Origin: Scyliorhinus canicula
Lineage: Eukaryota
Direction: 5' to 3'
NCBI RefSeq assembly: GCF_902713615.1
Contig: NC_052152.1
Span: 37,919,810 to 37,983,809 of the forward strand
DNA: 64,000 nucleotides
Positions 36,601 to 49,826 of the stretch are shown one piece after another. Each line of letters begins with the position of its first letter. Position 1 is the first letter of the stretch. Position numbers and translations under genes: made by a program. Below the pieces are notes generated by a model that was not told the DNA's origin, ran no database searches, and was given only the letters and a program-made list of their open reading frames with translations.

Positions 36601-38179
36601 GTTCTAAAAGCTACCTGAAATTATGAGGATGTAAAAATCTAATGAAAATGAGGAACATAAATAATTAGTAAAAAAAAAGAGAAACTAATGGCATTAATAA
36701 GCCAAATACTCTGGGTACAATGACTTACATTTTAAAAGAGCTGATTGGCGAGATTACAGATGCACTGGTTGGGATCTTGCAACTTTTTCTAGATTCTGGG
36801 ATGGTCCCAGTGCATTGCAAATGCAAGGGAGGAAACGGAATTATAGGCCAGCTAGTCTGACATAGGGAAAATGCTGAAATCCAATAATAAGAAAATGGTA
36901 ACGGGACACTGAGAAAATCATGAAAATATGATTAGACAATAGGTTTTTATGATCAAGAAATGAAAGTGTTTGAGAATATGAAAATGAAATGAAAATCGCT
37001 TATTGTCACGAGTAGGCTTCAATGAAGTTACTGTGAAAAGCCCCTAGTCGCCACATTCCGGCGAGGCTGGTACGGGAATCGAACCGTGCTGCTGGCCTGC
37101 TTTAAAAGCCAGCGATTTAGCTGAGTGAGCTAAACCAGAATATAATTAGCAGAATAGACAAAGGGGAAACCAGTGGCTGGAGAATATCTTTTTTGAAAGA
37201 CATTTGATAAGGTCACATTAAAAGGTGATTGCACAAAATAAAGGCCCATGGCGGTGGGGTTATATATTCACATGGATAGAGGATGTGTGGTATGACAGAC
37301 AACAGAGCAGGTTGGTAGGCAGTAACTAGTGACATGCTGTGCCTCAGCTATTTACAATCTATATTAATTTTATTAGATGAAGATACTGTAATATACCCAA
37401 ATTTGCTGGCAATACAAAGCTAGGTAAGAATGTCCAGAAGACATTCAGGAGCTGGAAAGAGATATAGATTGGTTGAGTGAGTGGGCAAGGTTTTTAGATA
37501 GAATGTTATGAGAAAATGTGAGATTATTCATTTTGGCAGGACGTATATTTTAAAATTGTTAGAAATTATTAAATGCTGGTGTTGAGGGCTTTGAGGTTCC
37601 TTGTACATAATCAGGTACAACATTTCAGAAGGAAAATGGTTATAGAATCATAGAATCCCAAGAGTTCAGAAGGAGGCCATTTGGCCCATCGAGTCTGCAC
37701 CGGCCTGGGAATGAGCATTTTACTTAAGTACACACCTCCACCCTATCCCCATAATCCCACTCCTTTTGGGCACTAAGGTACAGTTTATATCATGGCCAAT
37801 CCACCTAACCTGCACATCTTTGAACTGTGGGAGGAAACCGGAGCCCCAGAGGAAAACCATGCAGACACGGAGAAAGTGCAAACTCGACACAGATAGTCAC
37901 CTAAGGCCGGAATTGAACCCGGGTCCCAGGAGCTGTGAGAAAGCAGTCTAACCGCTGTGCCACCCCTTTCTTGCAAGAGGTTTGGAGTACACAAATAAAA
38001 AATCCTCGCTGCCACTGTATAGACCTTTGGTGAGACACAAAATGGAGTTCTGTATAATTTGTCTCCATTCCTTACTTGCCTTTGAGAGGGTGCAACAGAT
38101 TCGAGAATTGTCCCATGAAGTGAGATTAAGTAGAAAGGGCCTAAAAAAAGACATATCAATCACTGAAATTTGTTCAGGT

Positions 38180-38185
38180 TTTATT
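38180..38185 (-). terminator. RPL24 polyadenylation signal AATAAA
   Basis: TTTATT on the + strand about 16 nt past the stop; short 3'UTR typical of ribosomal protein genes. Confidence 0.8.
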
Positions 38186-38201
38186 TTACATCAGTTAACA
38201 T

Positions 38202-38282
38202 TTAGCGTTTTCCACCAACACGTGGAGCCTGAGACTTCATTGGCTTAGCAAACTTCTGTTTGGGTGCTGTCTTCTGAGCAGC
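38202..38282 (-). CDS. RPL24: RPL24 coding exon 6 (81 bp including TAA)
   Basis: ttctag|AAQKTAPKQKFAKPMKSQAPRVGGKR*; with exon 3 corrected to 111 bp the CDS totals 474 nt = 157 aa. Confidence 0.96.
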   Translation of the reverse strand, partial: AAQKTAPKQKFAKPMKSQAPRVGGKR

Positions 38283-39145
38283 CTAGAAATACAAAAACAC
38301 CAAATGAAAATCATGGAAGAGTTATGAAAACGTACACAGATTTCAAACTTTCAAAGCATTTACAGCACAAACTGACCATTCGGCTCTACGCAAGTCACCT
38401 CCAGCCTTCAACTGATCACCTAAACATATCCCTTTTTTAAAACCTCCGATGTGCTTATCTAACCTCTCTAGCTATACTATTTGCCTCAACCACACATTAT
38501 GGCAGAGTTCCATGGGCAATGAAGCATCGTGTGAATTTATTACTGGAAATATTAGTAATTAAATATTTATGGCTCCTACTTGTCGTCTCACTCACAGGTG
38601 AAAGATATTTTTGTGCCTACCCTATCAAACCCTTTCATAATCTGAAGGATCACCATCAGGTCATCCCTCAGGCTTCCCTTTTCAATAGAGAAAAAAAAAC
38701 CTGTTCAATCTTTCCAGATGGGTATAAGATGTAATTCAGGCACCATTCTAGTATATCTTTTTTTGGGACCTTTGTTGCCTTATTTTCAATATAGAGATCA
38801 GAACCTTTCAGTTTCATGGCTGATTCAGCCGGTCTATACAAATTTAATCTAATTTCTTTGCTTTTCAACTGTACTGCTCTAGAAATGAGCCACAATGGTG
38901 CTTCATAACTTAATAACCTGCTTTGCTACATTGTAAGTTTTGCATCTATATCCCTTGGGTGTTCCCATTTCGGCACTTATTTTCAGACCAAGAGTAGATG
39001 TCCTCCTACCAAAATACTCAGTATTAAATTTATATTGAAGGTAATTTGCCAATTATATGCACATATTGCGAGTATATCAATGACTTCCCATATTTTTGTT
39101 CTTATCCTCCTTCTTATGGAACACCACGAGCGTTAACCCCGATCA

Positions 39146-39208
39146 ATGATTTATGCTTAGTCAGATTGCTATTCATCATGATTTATGCTTAGTCAGATTG
39201 CTATTCAT
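39146..39208. repeat. 32-bp tandem duplication
   Basis: ATGATTTATGCTTAGTCAGATTGCTATTCAT at 39146 and 39178. Confidence 0.9.
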
Positions 39209-40140
39209 TCTGCTAATTATCTCATGACTTTAAAAGTGCCCAATGCCTCCCTCCCCCCCACCAATTAAGGATCAATTTAGCGTGACCAATCCACATATCC
39301 AGCACATCTGTGTTGTGGGGGTGAGACCCATGCAGACACGGGAAGAACGTGCAAACTCCACACGGACAGTGATCCTGGGTCCTCGGTGCTGAGGCAGCAG
39401 TGCTAACCACTGCACCACCCGGCTTTTTATTAATTCACTAGTATCAATAGCACTTGTTGCCAATCCCCAAATGCCCTCAATTGCAATGTGTGTAGTGTGG
39501 GTACTCCCACATTACTAATAGGCAGGAAATTCCATGATTTTAAACCAATGACTGTGAAGGAATGGTTCCAAACAGTTCCAAACCAGGATGGTGCATTGCT
39601 TTGAGGTGCCGGTAATCCAAAGCATTTCTTGCCTTCGTCCTAGGTGATGGAGGTGACGGGTTTGGAATGTGGCTTAGAAAGTTGCTGTAGTGCATCTTAT
39701 CGATGGCACACATTGCTGCTACTGTGCACTGGTGGTGGGAGTGAAATTATTAAGGCAGTCGACAGTGTTGATCAAGCGGTATGCTTTGTCCTGTATGATG
39801 TTGAGCTCCAGTGTTTTTGGAGCAGCACTCATCCTGGTAAGCAAGCATTCCACTCCAAATTCAATAGTGTCTATGGCATCCTTCTTATCTACCTGTTACT
39901 TCCCTAATCAAGTTTAACCATCCCTTTCAGAATCAATGCTGATTACTTTATTCCATGCTTGGGCATCTTTCCTACCATCACCATTGATCACCAGTCTTCT
40001 GGCACTGCTCAAATGTAATGCTATTTTTTCTCCCCCCCCCCCCCATCTCATTTCTTTTTTTTCTTAAAAATTTAGAGCACCCAATTAATATTTTCCAATT
40101 AAGGGGCTATCTTAATGTGGCCAATCCACCTACCCTGCAC

Positions 40141-40735
40141 ATAAGAACAAGGAGCAGGAGTAGGCCATCTGGCCCCTCGAGCCTGCTCCGCCATTCAATG
40201 AGATCATGGCTGATCTTTTGTGGACTCAGCTCCACTTTCCGGCCCGAACACCATAACCCTTAATCCCTTTATTCTTCAAAAAACTATCTATCTTTACCTT
40301 AAAAACATGTAATGAAGGAGCCTCAACTGCTTCACTGGGCAAGGAATTCCATAGATTCACAACCCTTTGGGTGAAGAAGTTCCTCCTAAACTCAGTTCTA
40401 AATCTACTTCCCCTTATTTTGAGGCTATGCCCCCTAGTTCTGCTGTCACCCGCCAGTGGAAACAACCTGCCCGCATCTATCCTATCTATTCCCTTCATAA
40501 TTTTAAATGTTTCTATAAGATCCCCCCTCATCCTTCTAAATTCCAACGAGTACAGTCCCAGTCTACTCAACCTCTCCTCATAATCCAACCCCTTCAGGTC
40601 TGGGATTAACCTAGTGAATCTCCTCTGCACACCCTCCAGCGCCAGTACGTCCTTTCTCAAGTAAGGAGACCAAAACTGAACACAATACTCCAGGTGTGGC
40701 CGCACTAACACCTTATACAATTGCAACATAACCTC
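40141..40735 (-). mobile_element. Young CR1 3' fragment inserted into a SINE in RPL24 intron 5
   Basis: Uninterrupted ORF EVMLQLYKVLVRPHLEYCVQFWSP...GYGVRAGKWS; host SINE resumes on both sides (about 40055-40140 and 40736-40880). Confidence 0.9.
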
Positions 40736-41679
40736 CATCTTTGGGTTGTGGGGGCGAACCCACGCAAACATGGGGAGAATGTGCAAACTCCACATGGACA
40801 GTGACCCAGAGCCAGGATTGAACCTGGGACCTCAGTGCCGTGAGGCATGCAGTGATAACAACTGAGCTACCGTGCTGCCTTTTCTTCCCCGTTTCTATCT
40901 AATGTCTATAATTTTTGATTTCTTCCCATGTCATGCAATATAGAATTACAATTAGACTTTGAGCAGCTAATTTGAAACACTGCTAAATTTTAATTTGAAC
41001 ACTCCACTTATGCCACATGCAGCAATTTTATCTTTCAGCCAAAGCCCACATCACAACCCCCAAGAACACATACTGCCCCTTTTCACGGTACTGTAGGCTT
41101 AATTTTTAAAGATAATCCACATTGCAGAAAATGTTCCTTGGCTATAGAGTTCATTTTGTAACGGCACCCAAAAGAATCCATGTGGCGGTACTGGTTCTTT
41201 TTCATGGACCTCATTCATTCACAGCTCAATTGTTATTTACAAGATGAGACTGCAGTAATACCAGATATAAATATCAATATGAGGGCAGCACAGACATTCT
41301 CCCTGTATCTGTATGGGTTCCACCCCCGCATCTCAAAAAGATGTGCCAGGTAGGTGGATTCACCCTTTATTGGAATAAAAAACATCTGGGTATTTTAAAT
41401 TTATATAAAAATATATATATCAATTTGAAATCATGGATTATCTTCCCACTTTATCTCAATTAAATCCACAAGTTTAAAGCCAGTTTGTAGTGGGGAAATG
41501 GCCATGTTACACAATTTAATATGAGCCAATGTCTATATTCTGCTTATTAACACCAATTTTCAGACTTTACAATTTAGATACTTCATATTTATTACATTTG
41601 TTTTGAATGTCTTGATTCAAAAATAACAAAGTTCCAATAATCAGAATAATAATACAAAGAATTGTATCTGTTTCACTAC

Positions 41680-41743
41680 CTTAGCTGTAGCCGCACTGAC
41701 TTTCTTTGTTGCTGCTTTGGCCTTCTTAGCCTCCTTGGCAGCC
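41680..41743 (-). CDS. RPL24: RPL24 coding exon 5 (64 bp)
   Basis: ccacag|(R)AAKEAKKAKAATKKVSAATAK|GTAGTG. Confidence 0.94.
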
Positions 41744-41997
41744 CTGTGGACCAGAAGAGTTGATCAACTTTTCTCCCATTACTAGTACTTGAAAAATACT
41801 AATTCTCACAAGATAAAACTTAATGAAATCACTTGAACACTACAATATTTTGAAGCTGAATATAACTTGTCAAGTAAGAAAAATGCACAGTCCTTGGCCA
41901 GACAAAATGTTCAAATTACATATACTATAGTGCAAGCAACAAATAAACTTACAACAGAAAACTACTTGGTTACTACCTCAAACAAGACCAGTTCTCA

Positions 41998-42204
<207 letters not shown>

Positions 42205-43593
42205 TCAATTTAAATTTAATCGAGTGGACCTGGTTCTAATTAAACATGACTGTGGCCTAAAATACTGACAATAGATGGAATGCTTCATCTGAGGCTTAGA
42301 ATTCTGAAACTGTACGATTCTAGTCAAAATATTATTTGAATATATTTCAGGTCCCCACTTTAACCCTATCAACCACCTAAAACATGACAGCACAGTGGTT
42401 AGCACCCCTGCCTCACAGCACCAAGGACCTAGGTTCAATTACAGCCTTGGGTTGACGTCTGTGTGGAGTTTGCATGTTATCCTAGTGCCTGCTTGGGTTT
42501 CCTCCAGGTGCTCTGGTTTTCTACCACAATCCAAAGATGTGTAGGTTAGGTATATTGGTCATGCTAAATTGCCCCTTAGTGTCCTAAAGGTTAGGTGGGG
42601 TGACAGGGAAAGGGCAGGGGAGTGGGTGTTCTGTCAAAAGTTAGGTGCAGACTGGATGGGCCAGATGGCCTCCTTCTGCATTGCAGGAATTCTATGGTTC
42701 GAAGACTCATATACTTAGGAATGAAGTTATGCAATGGAGCATTATTTTAGGAAAGAAGAATGCAAACGGTACAGCATCAGAGACTAAAAACTACTGCAAG
42801 AAGTCAGTTTAAAAGTCTGCTGATTCTTTTCATTCTTGGGAAACAGTAAAACAATACCAGAAAAGTGGGAAAAACATAAGAATTTCAGATTATACATTTA
42901 TTTACATGATTTTGTCAGACACTCTACAAAAAACTTTAACAACTGGAAAGATGGGTCTGAGAAACTTGGATATTGGACAGAAGTTATTTAAAATGTTTCG
43001 GTAGGCCCTTTCATGTCAATTCACATTAGAACGTTTCCAAAATGCAGATTTGGAAAATAATCTTGAACTCAAATTCTTTTCTCATCAAACCAAATTAAGC
43101 ATAACCGAACAACAGAATACGACCAAAAGAAACACCCTCGACCCTTTAAAAACGTACAGCAAATTCATGTAATTGTTCTTGCTCGCCAGGAGACAGCAAA
43201 CTCTCCCCATTAAGGCTATTAAATTCATTACACTAATACATATCAAAAACAACTAAAGCCCAATCAACTACTAGATCACAAGTGTAGTTTGAGGTAATCA
43301 GTTATAATTAAACTAAAAACAGGCAAGAACAAGTACCACTTTTAAAGACTAAAAATTCTGATAAAACATATTTTGCAGCTGATATTTAAAGCCAGTGAAC
43401 ACAACCCAATTTACAAAGCTCCCTGGCCATAAATGAAAAGCAATGACCCAAGAGTACTTTTAGTTGAGAATTTCCCAGTCGCTTTAAGCAATATTTTCAT
43501 CTTACCAGGAGAATAAAAGTGTACCTGACAAAGAACAATACTTAGCCAAACAACCAGAGATAGAGATATATTTATTTCTATACATCTCACTTA

Positions 43594-43722
<129 letters not shown>

Positions 43723-44695
43723 TTAGCAACAAGTTGCAGATCTTACCTAGTACCAGCCTTCTGTGCTGTTAGCTTTTTCCAGCATTGGCCTTATTCTTGG
43801 TGTGAAATCAAACAAACTTTAATCTTAAATTGCATTTATAATGCACCTCACTGACACAATAGTATTGAAGCTCAAATCAACAAGTTAAACATAACCGTTC
43901 TTCATCAAGTCCACAACTTTTGCCAGGGTCAGTTCTACAATGCCCAATCTTCACAACCCTGAAAACTGCAATCAGTTTGGTTAATATAAATCTATTTCGC
44001 CAAATATTTACCACAGTTCAGCAAATGATGATGTCTGGCAACCTGGATGATTTTCCTCTTTCTAGCCTGGATGCTGTAGCCAATCGTCTGAGCTAACATC
44101 ATAGACACCAACCAAATTTTAATCATGGCTCAATACGTCCACCTTGCCTCTTAAATCAGCATGTTATGATTTCAAACCCTATTCCAGAGACTTGAACACA
44201 AAAATCTAGACCAAACAGTCCAATCCAATACTGTTTGCATCTTTTGGATGAGATTCTACACTCAACATACAGATCATTCAAAACTCTGCTGTCCATGTCC
44301 TCTCACACCAAGTGCCATTCACTCATCATCCTTGTACACGCTAACTGGCACTAGCTCCCGTTTAAACAACAAATAGATTTAAAACTTTTCATTCTTGTGT
44401 TCAAATCCAAGTCTCTATAATATTCTCCCAAGATATTTGCACCTCTAATTTTGATCTCGACCACCCTAGATTTTAAATGTTCCGTCATTGCTTACAGCTG
44501 CCTAGGCTCAAATTATCTCCCTAAATATCTCCACTGCACGGCCCCACTTTCCTCCCTTAAGATACTCCTTATAGTTGACCCAACTTTTGTTCTCTGCCCC
44601 GATATCTCCACATGGTTCAGCATATTTTACAATGCCCCTGAAGTGACCTGGATCATTTTATGTTAAAGATGCTAAATAAATGAAAACTTGTTGAG

Positions 44696-45042
44696 ATAGA
44701 ACATAGAACAGTACAGCACAGAACAGGCCCTTCGGCCCTCAATGTTGTGCCGAGCCATGATCACCCTACTCAAACCCACGTATCCACCCTATACCCGTAA
44801 CCCAACAACCCCCCCCCTTAACCTTACTTTTATTAGGACACTACGGGCAATTTAGCATGGCCAATCCACCTAACCCGCACATCTTTGGACTGTGGGAGGA
44901 AACCGGAGCACCCGGAGGAAACCCACGCACACAGGGGGAGGACATGCAGACTCCACACAGACAGTGACCCAGCCGGGAATCGAACCTGGGACCCTGGAGC
45001 TGTGAAGCATTTATGCTAACCACCATGCTACCCTGCTGCCCC
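44696..45042 (-). mobile_element. Young HE1-type SINE in RPL24 intron 2
   Basis: Nearly identical to the copy at 51044-51393; related copies at about 12935-13215, 22128-22468, 30555-30790, 37641-37963, 42385-42697 and 48226-48575. Confidence 0.88.
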
Positions 45043-45867
45043 AAATCTGCCCTCTCTTATGAACAAAGACCCTATGGCACAACTTGGAAGGGAACAGGGT
45101 GTTAACCTGTGCCCTGGGCAATTTTTATAGCTCAATTAGCAGCACTAAAACAGAATGGTTAGCACTGTTGCTTAACAGCACTAGGGTTCAAGGTTTGATT
45201 CCCACTTGGGTCTGCATGTTCTCCCCATGACTGTGTGGGTTTCCTCCCATAAGTCCGAAAGACATGCTTGTTAGGTGAATTGGATATTCTAAATTCTCCC
45301 TCGGTGTCCCCGAACAAGTGCCGGAGTGTGGCAACAAGGTGAATTTCCCAGTAAATTCATTGCAGTGTTAAACTTGTGACAATAATAAAGATTATCATTA
45401 TTACATTGCTGTTTGTGGGAGCTTCATGCCTACAAATAGGCTGTCATCTTTTCCTACATTACATCAGTGGCTACAATTGACTGTAGAATGTCCTGGGACA
45501 TGGAGGCAGGAGAAGACAAAATGCAAGTCTCGCTCTTTTAAACATGGGATTGTTCACCAGTATAACGTCATACTGATAACTGTATTTAATTGGTTAGCCG
45601 TAAGAGCCTTTACATTTAGATAACTTCCTGTGCCAATACAACCTTAATCTCCATCCAACATAAAAACCATGTAAGAATAAATCAGCAACACAAGTTCTCA
45701 AATTACTTTTTGAGAACTCCCCAAGATGGTTAGAACTTTATCAGACGAACCAACAAGAGAATTAAATACTGCATACATCGTAATACCATAACGTAGGCCA
45801 AACTATGCAAGCAGTGTAAAAATCCACGTATTTACGACGGCGCCACTTGGGAATTTTTTTCTCTTAC

Positions 45868-45943
45868 CTTCCCATCAATTCTGGCATAGCGCTTCCCGTG
45901 ACCCGGGTATATCTTATACCCACTGAAACTGCACAGCTCGACC
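45868..45943 (-). CDS. RPL24: RPL24 coding exon 2 (76 bp)
   Basis: ttccag|(K)[25 protein letters not shown]|GTAAGA. Confidence 0.97.
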
Positions 45944-46071
45944 CTGGAAAAACAAATAACCAGTCATCAAAGTTGTTTTCACTTGGTAGCATCATAATTC
46001 AACCGCGGATGGAGTGATTTAGGGGATAGAACAAGTAGATGGTGAGGGATTGAATCAAGGATAAAACTCAC

Positions 46072-46076
46072 TTCAT
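46072..46076 (-). CDS. RPL24: RPL24 (eL24) coding exon 1 (ATG AA)
   Basis: cgagATGAA|GTGAGT, preceded by a short 5'UTR with a pyrimidine tract; phase fits exon 2. Confidence 0.9.
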
Positions 46077-46324
46077 CTCGACAGCAAAGATGGCGCAGGG
46101 GGAAAAGGAGGAGGATTGTGGGTAAGGGGATTGTGGGGAAACAAAAAGAAAAAAAAAAGGCCCCCCAAAAAACAAGTAGGGGCTATAAAACCAAATCTGA
46201 CTGCTTTATGGAGTAAGAATTAAACGAATATGTTTTTTGTTAACTGAAACGGCAGCGGTTTGCGCCGGCCAATCAGCGGCGGGAGCGGTTGCTTGGCGTT
46301 GAGCACGCGGGAAGTTGCTGCGTG
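46077..46324. promoter_or_regulatory. RPL24/CEP97 bidirectional promoter
   Basis: Divergent ATGs at 46076 and 46325; two ZNF143-like CCCACAATCC motifs (minus, about 46113-46137), CCAAT at 46269, ETS-like CGGGAAGT at about 46308; CpG-rich. Confidence 0.75.
46088..46114 (-). promoter_or_regulatory. RPL24 5'TOP/TCT start tract and YY1 site
   Basis: Minus strand CTCCTCCTTTTCCCCCTG CGCCATCTT just upstream of the ATG; TOP plus downstream YY1 is typical of RP genes. Confidence 0.75.
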
Positions 46325-46376
46325 ATGGCGGCTGAGAAGGAGGAGGCTGCCGACATGACGGTTAAACCGGCCCAAA
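46325..46376 (+). CDS. CEP97: CEP97 coding exon 1 (52 bp)
   Basis: gtgATGGCG start; MAAEKEEAADMTVKPAQ A|GTAGGT; phase 1 matches exon 2; syntenic position. Confidence 0.7.
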
Positions 46377-46600
46377 GTAGGTGTTTGTGTGGGAAACCAG
46401 GCGTCACCGTTTTATTGTCTGCTTCCATCTTTGCGAGAAGTGGCTGTTGTGTTCTCTTTCCCCCTCCGAGCCGCAGTAGTAGCAGTCTGGTCAGGGTGAT
46501 CTTGGCCGTGGCTGTTCCCTTTGCTGCTGCAGTCTGGAGGTTGTAGTTGTGCGGCTGTCCTCCTGCCGCTGGGATGAAGGTGAACGGTCCACGCTTTATA

Positions 46601-46620
46601 ACTACAATTCCCATAGCAAC
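46601..46620 (+). promoter_or_regulatory. Overlapping ACTACAATTCCC (ZNF143/THAP11) motif and RFX X-box-like site in CEP97 intron 1
   Basis: ACTACAATTCCCATAGCAAC: perfect ACTACAnnTCCC; ATTCCCATAGCAAC differs from GTTNCCATRGNAAC at one position. Confidence 0.55.
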
Positions 46621-49600
46621 CAGCGCACAATATTCCTCCGAAATACCCCTTTGCTCTCCTAAACCCCGTTCCTTGCCTCCAATGTTGCGCTGTCCCAGGG
46701 GTCTCTTTGTTTTTGTTTTAGAAGCGGCAGTCTAGTAACTTTGTGTGTTTTCAAATTAGTGCTTTGATTTTCTTTTTCTCCAACTGAAACTTATATAGGT
46801 TACACAGCACAGAAACCGACCATTTGGCCCAAGCAGCCCACTTTATATATGTTCCACTCGAACCTTTTTTCAGTCCATTCTCGTCTAATTCTGTCCGGAT
46901 AACCATCCATCTCCCTCATACATCTATGTAGCTTCCCTTTAAAGGTGTCTACAATTACTTCAGCCACCCTTGAGATAGCGACTTCCACATTCTCTCTACT
47001 CTGCATCAAAAAGCTTATTCAGAATTCCCTATTTGACATCTTGGTGGTTATCACATATCGACGATGGGCTATAGTTTTGCTGTTCCCCACAAGTGGAAAC
47101 TTTCTCTCCGTTTTTCCATCAACATCTTTCATATTTTTAAACATCCCTATTATGCCACCTCTCCGCTGTCTCTTTTAGAGGACCCCCCCCCCCCCCCCCC
47201 CCGCGCATTTCTGGTAACACCCTTGTAAATCTTTTTGCACTCTCCAGTGTCTCTATATCTTTTTGAATGCAATGCTCCAGATTTGATCTAAGGTTACTAT
47301 AACAGCTTTACTCTATTGTATTCCTCTTGAGATAAACTTAGTGCTTGATTTGCCATGACTTAACCCCTGTCACTACTTTTACTGATTTGTTTATTTGTAC
47401 TCCCAAATAATAATCTTTATTGTCACAAGTAGTTACTGAAATTCCTTTGCCCTTCCCATTTAGATATTTGTAAGTGATCTCACATCTTTGGACTGTGGGA
47501 GGAAATCGGGGCACCCAAAGGAAACACACACAGTACTCCTTGGGTAACATGATGTGTTTTTAACAGTCAGAAGAACATAAGAAATAGGAGCTGGATGAGA
47601 GCATTTGGCCTGTTGTGCTTGCTTCGCGATTTAATGTAATCAGCCTCAGCTTCACTTCAGTATATCCCTCGATTCCCTGAGAGATCAAAAATCTGTCTAT
47701 CTCACTTTCTATACTAATAATCTTCATTATTGTCACAAGCTGGCTTACATCAACACTGCAATGAAGTTATAAGAAAATCCCCTAGTCACCACTGCTCTGG
47801 TACCTGTTCGAGTACACTGGGAGGATTCAGAATGTCCAATTCACCTAAAAGCATGTCTTTCCGGAGTTGTGGGAGGAAACTGGAGCACGCAGAGGAAACC
47901 CACGCAGACACTGGGAGAACATGCAGACTCTGCACAGACAGTGACCCAAGCAGGGAATCGAAACCGGGTCCCTGGCGCTGTGAAGCAATAGTGCTAGCTA
48001 CTGTACGGCCAATAATATATTCGATAATGGAATACACACAATAACCTGGTGTAGATTTACCACTCTTTGGCTGAAGAAGCTTCTTTTGATTTCAGTCCCC
48101 TTATCCTGTGTCCTTGTGTTTTAGATTCCTCAGGCAGAGGAAACAATCTCTGTGTCTACCCTATCAAGCCTGTTCAGATTCTAGTATGTTTTATGAGATC
48201 ATCTCATTCCACTCAACTCCCAAGTGGGCAGCGTGGTAGCATAGTGGTTAGCATAATTGCTTCACCACTCCAGGGTCCCATGTTCTATTCCAGGTTTGGG
48301 TCATTGTCTGTGCGGAGTCTGCACGTTCTCGTCGTGTGTGCGTGAGTTTCCTCCGGTTTCCTCCCACAGTCCAAAGATGTGCAGGTTAGGTGGATTGGCC
48401 ATGCTAAATTGCCCTTTGTGTCCAAAATTGCCCTTAGTGTTGGGTGGGGTTACGGGATAGGGTGGAGGTGTGGGCTTGGGTAGAGTGCTCTTTCCAAGAG
48501 CCGGTGCAGACTCGATGGGCCAAATGGCCTCCTTCTGCACTGTAAATTCTATGAAAAATTCTATGAATCTATGAAATCCCAATTTAATCAATCTCCCTTC
48601 ATTGCCCAACTCTATCATCCCATGAACCAAGCTCACAAAACTTTGTTGTGCGGCCTCCAATACAAGTACATCTGCATCAAATATTGACACCAAAACTACA
48701 CCCAGTAGAGTGTGGCCTCACTTAGAGCCTGTGCAAGAAAATAAATATTTAGGTGAATGAGCCAATACAGTGTCACAGAGAGGTTGTCAGAAAGTTTTTA
48801 AAAGAAGGAAATGGGTTGCAAGACCACAATGGGCCAGGTAGTAGTGGTTTGAAGAATGTTCTCGCCGTAGTAGCCAACCCCAAAAAGGCACAAGTCAGGA
48901 GTGTGGTGGGTATGGCTCCACCAACATCAAGACTTTCAATACTACCCAAAGCAAAGCAGTTTATTTGACCAGCACCCTTTTCCTCACTGCAAGCATTCAG
49001 TTCAACACTGACTCATAGTAGCAGCAGTGTACCATATACAAGGTGAAATGCAGCAACTCAGCACCTTCTAAACCCTGCCACCTGGAGGGATAAGGCAACA
49101 GGCACATGGGAACCTCACCACCTGCAAGTTCCCCTCCAAGCCACACATGGTCTTTTCTTTTTTTTAAAGTAAATTTAGAGTATCCAAGTTTTTTTCCAAT
49201 TAAGGGACAATTTAGCGTGGCCAATCCACCTACCATGCACATCTTTTTGGGTTGTGGTTGTGAGACCCACGCAGACACGGGGAAAATGTGCAAACTCCAT
49301 ACGAACAGTGACCAGGGCCGGGATCGAATCTGGTACCTCGGTGGCGTGAGGCAGCAGTGCTAACCACACATGGTCTTTCCTTACAACAATATCACCATTC
49401 CTTCACTGTCATTTGTCAAAATCTTGGAAGTCCCTTCCTAACTGTACATGAATTGCAGAGGTTTAAAGATGGCTTGCCACCTTCTTGAGGGCAATTAGGG
49501 TTGGGCATTAAATGCTGGTTGAACCAGAAAGCTAGCATCCCATGAAAGAATAAAAACATTGTTGTTGAAAGTGGAAGGAAAATAGTAACATCCAGTAAAG

Positions 49601-49781
49601 TTATACAAGAAGCTTTAGGTGACTTTTATCAGTACAGGTTCAGAGCGGATCTCATTTTTATCTATTTCATCCCACATTGTAGCTATTTCTTTCCCAAGAA
49701 TTAGCGTTGTGAAGCTCCTGGTCCCATTTAAACTTTCCTTTCCATGACAGTTTTCCGTTTTACATCAGTTTAGCATCAGCT

Positions 49782-49826
49782 GCCGTGTGCTCCAGTGGCG
49801 CAAATGGTTAGCGCACGGTACTTAGA
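49782..49826 (+). pseudogene. Tailless retrocopy of the 5' exon of pre-tRNA-Ile(TAT)
   Basis: 49789-49826 GCTCCAGTGGCGCAAATGGTTAGCGCACGGTACTTAGA versus recalled vertebrate 5' exon GCTCCAGTGGCGCAATCGGTTAGCGCGCGGTACTTATA (34/38); perfect 16-bp TSD CAGTTTAGCATCAGCT. Confidence 0.85.

Noticed and set aside
39146-39208. ATGATGA and CTGA boxes on the RPL24 sense strand in intron 5
   Set aside because: The boxes are only 8 nt apart, and the C box is created by the 32-bp duplication junction.
44015-44097. C/D snoRNA-like motif (ATGATGA...CTGA with a short terminal stem) in RPL24 intron 2
   Set aside because: It lies on the + strand, antisense to the host gene; I found no convincing rRNA guide; and the minus strand resembles a decayed ancient SINE segment (from memory).
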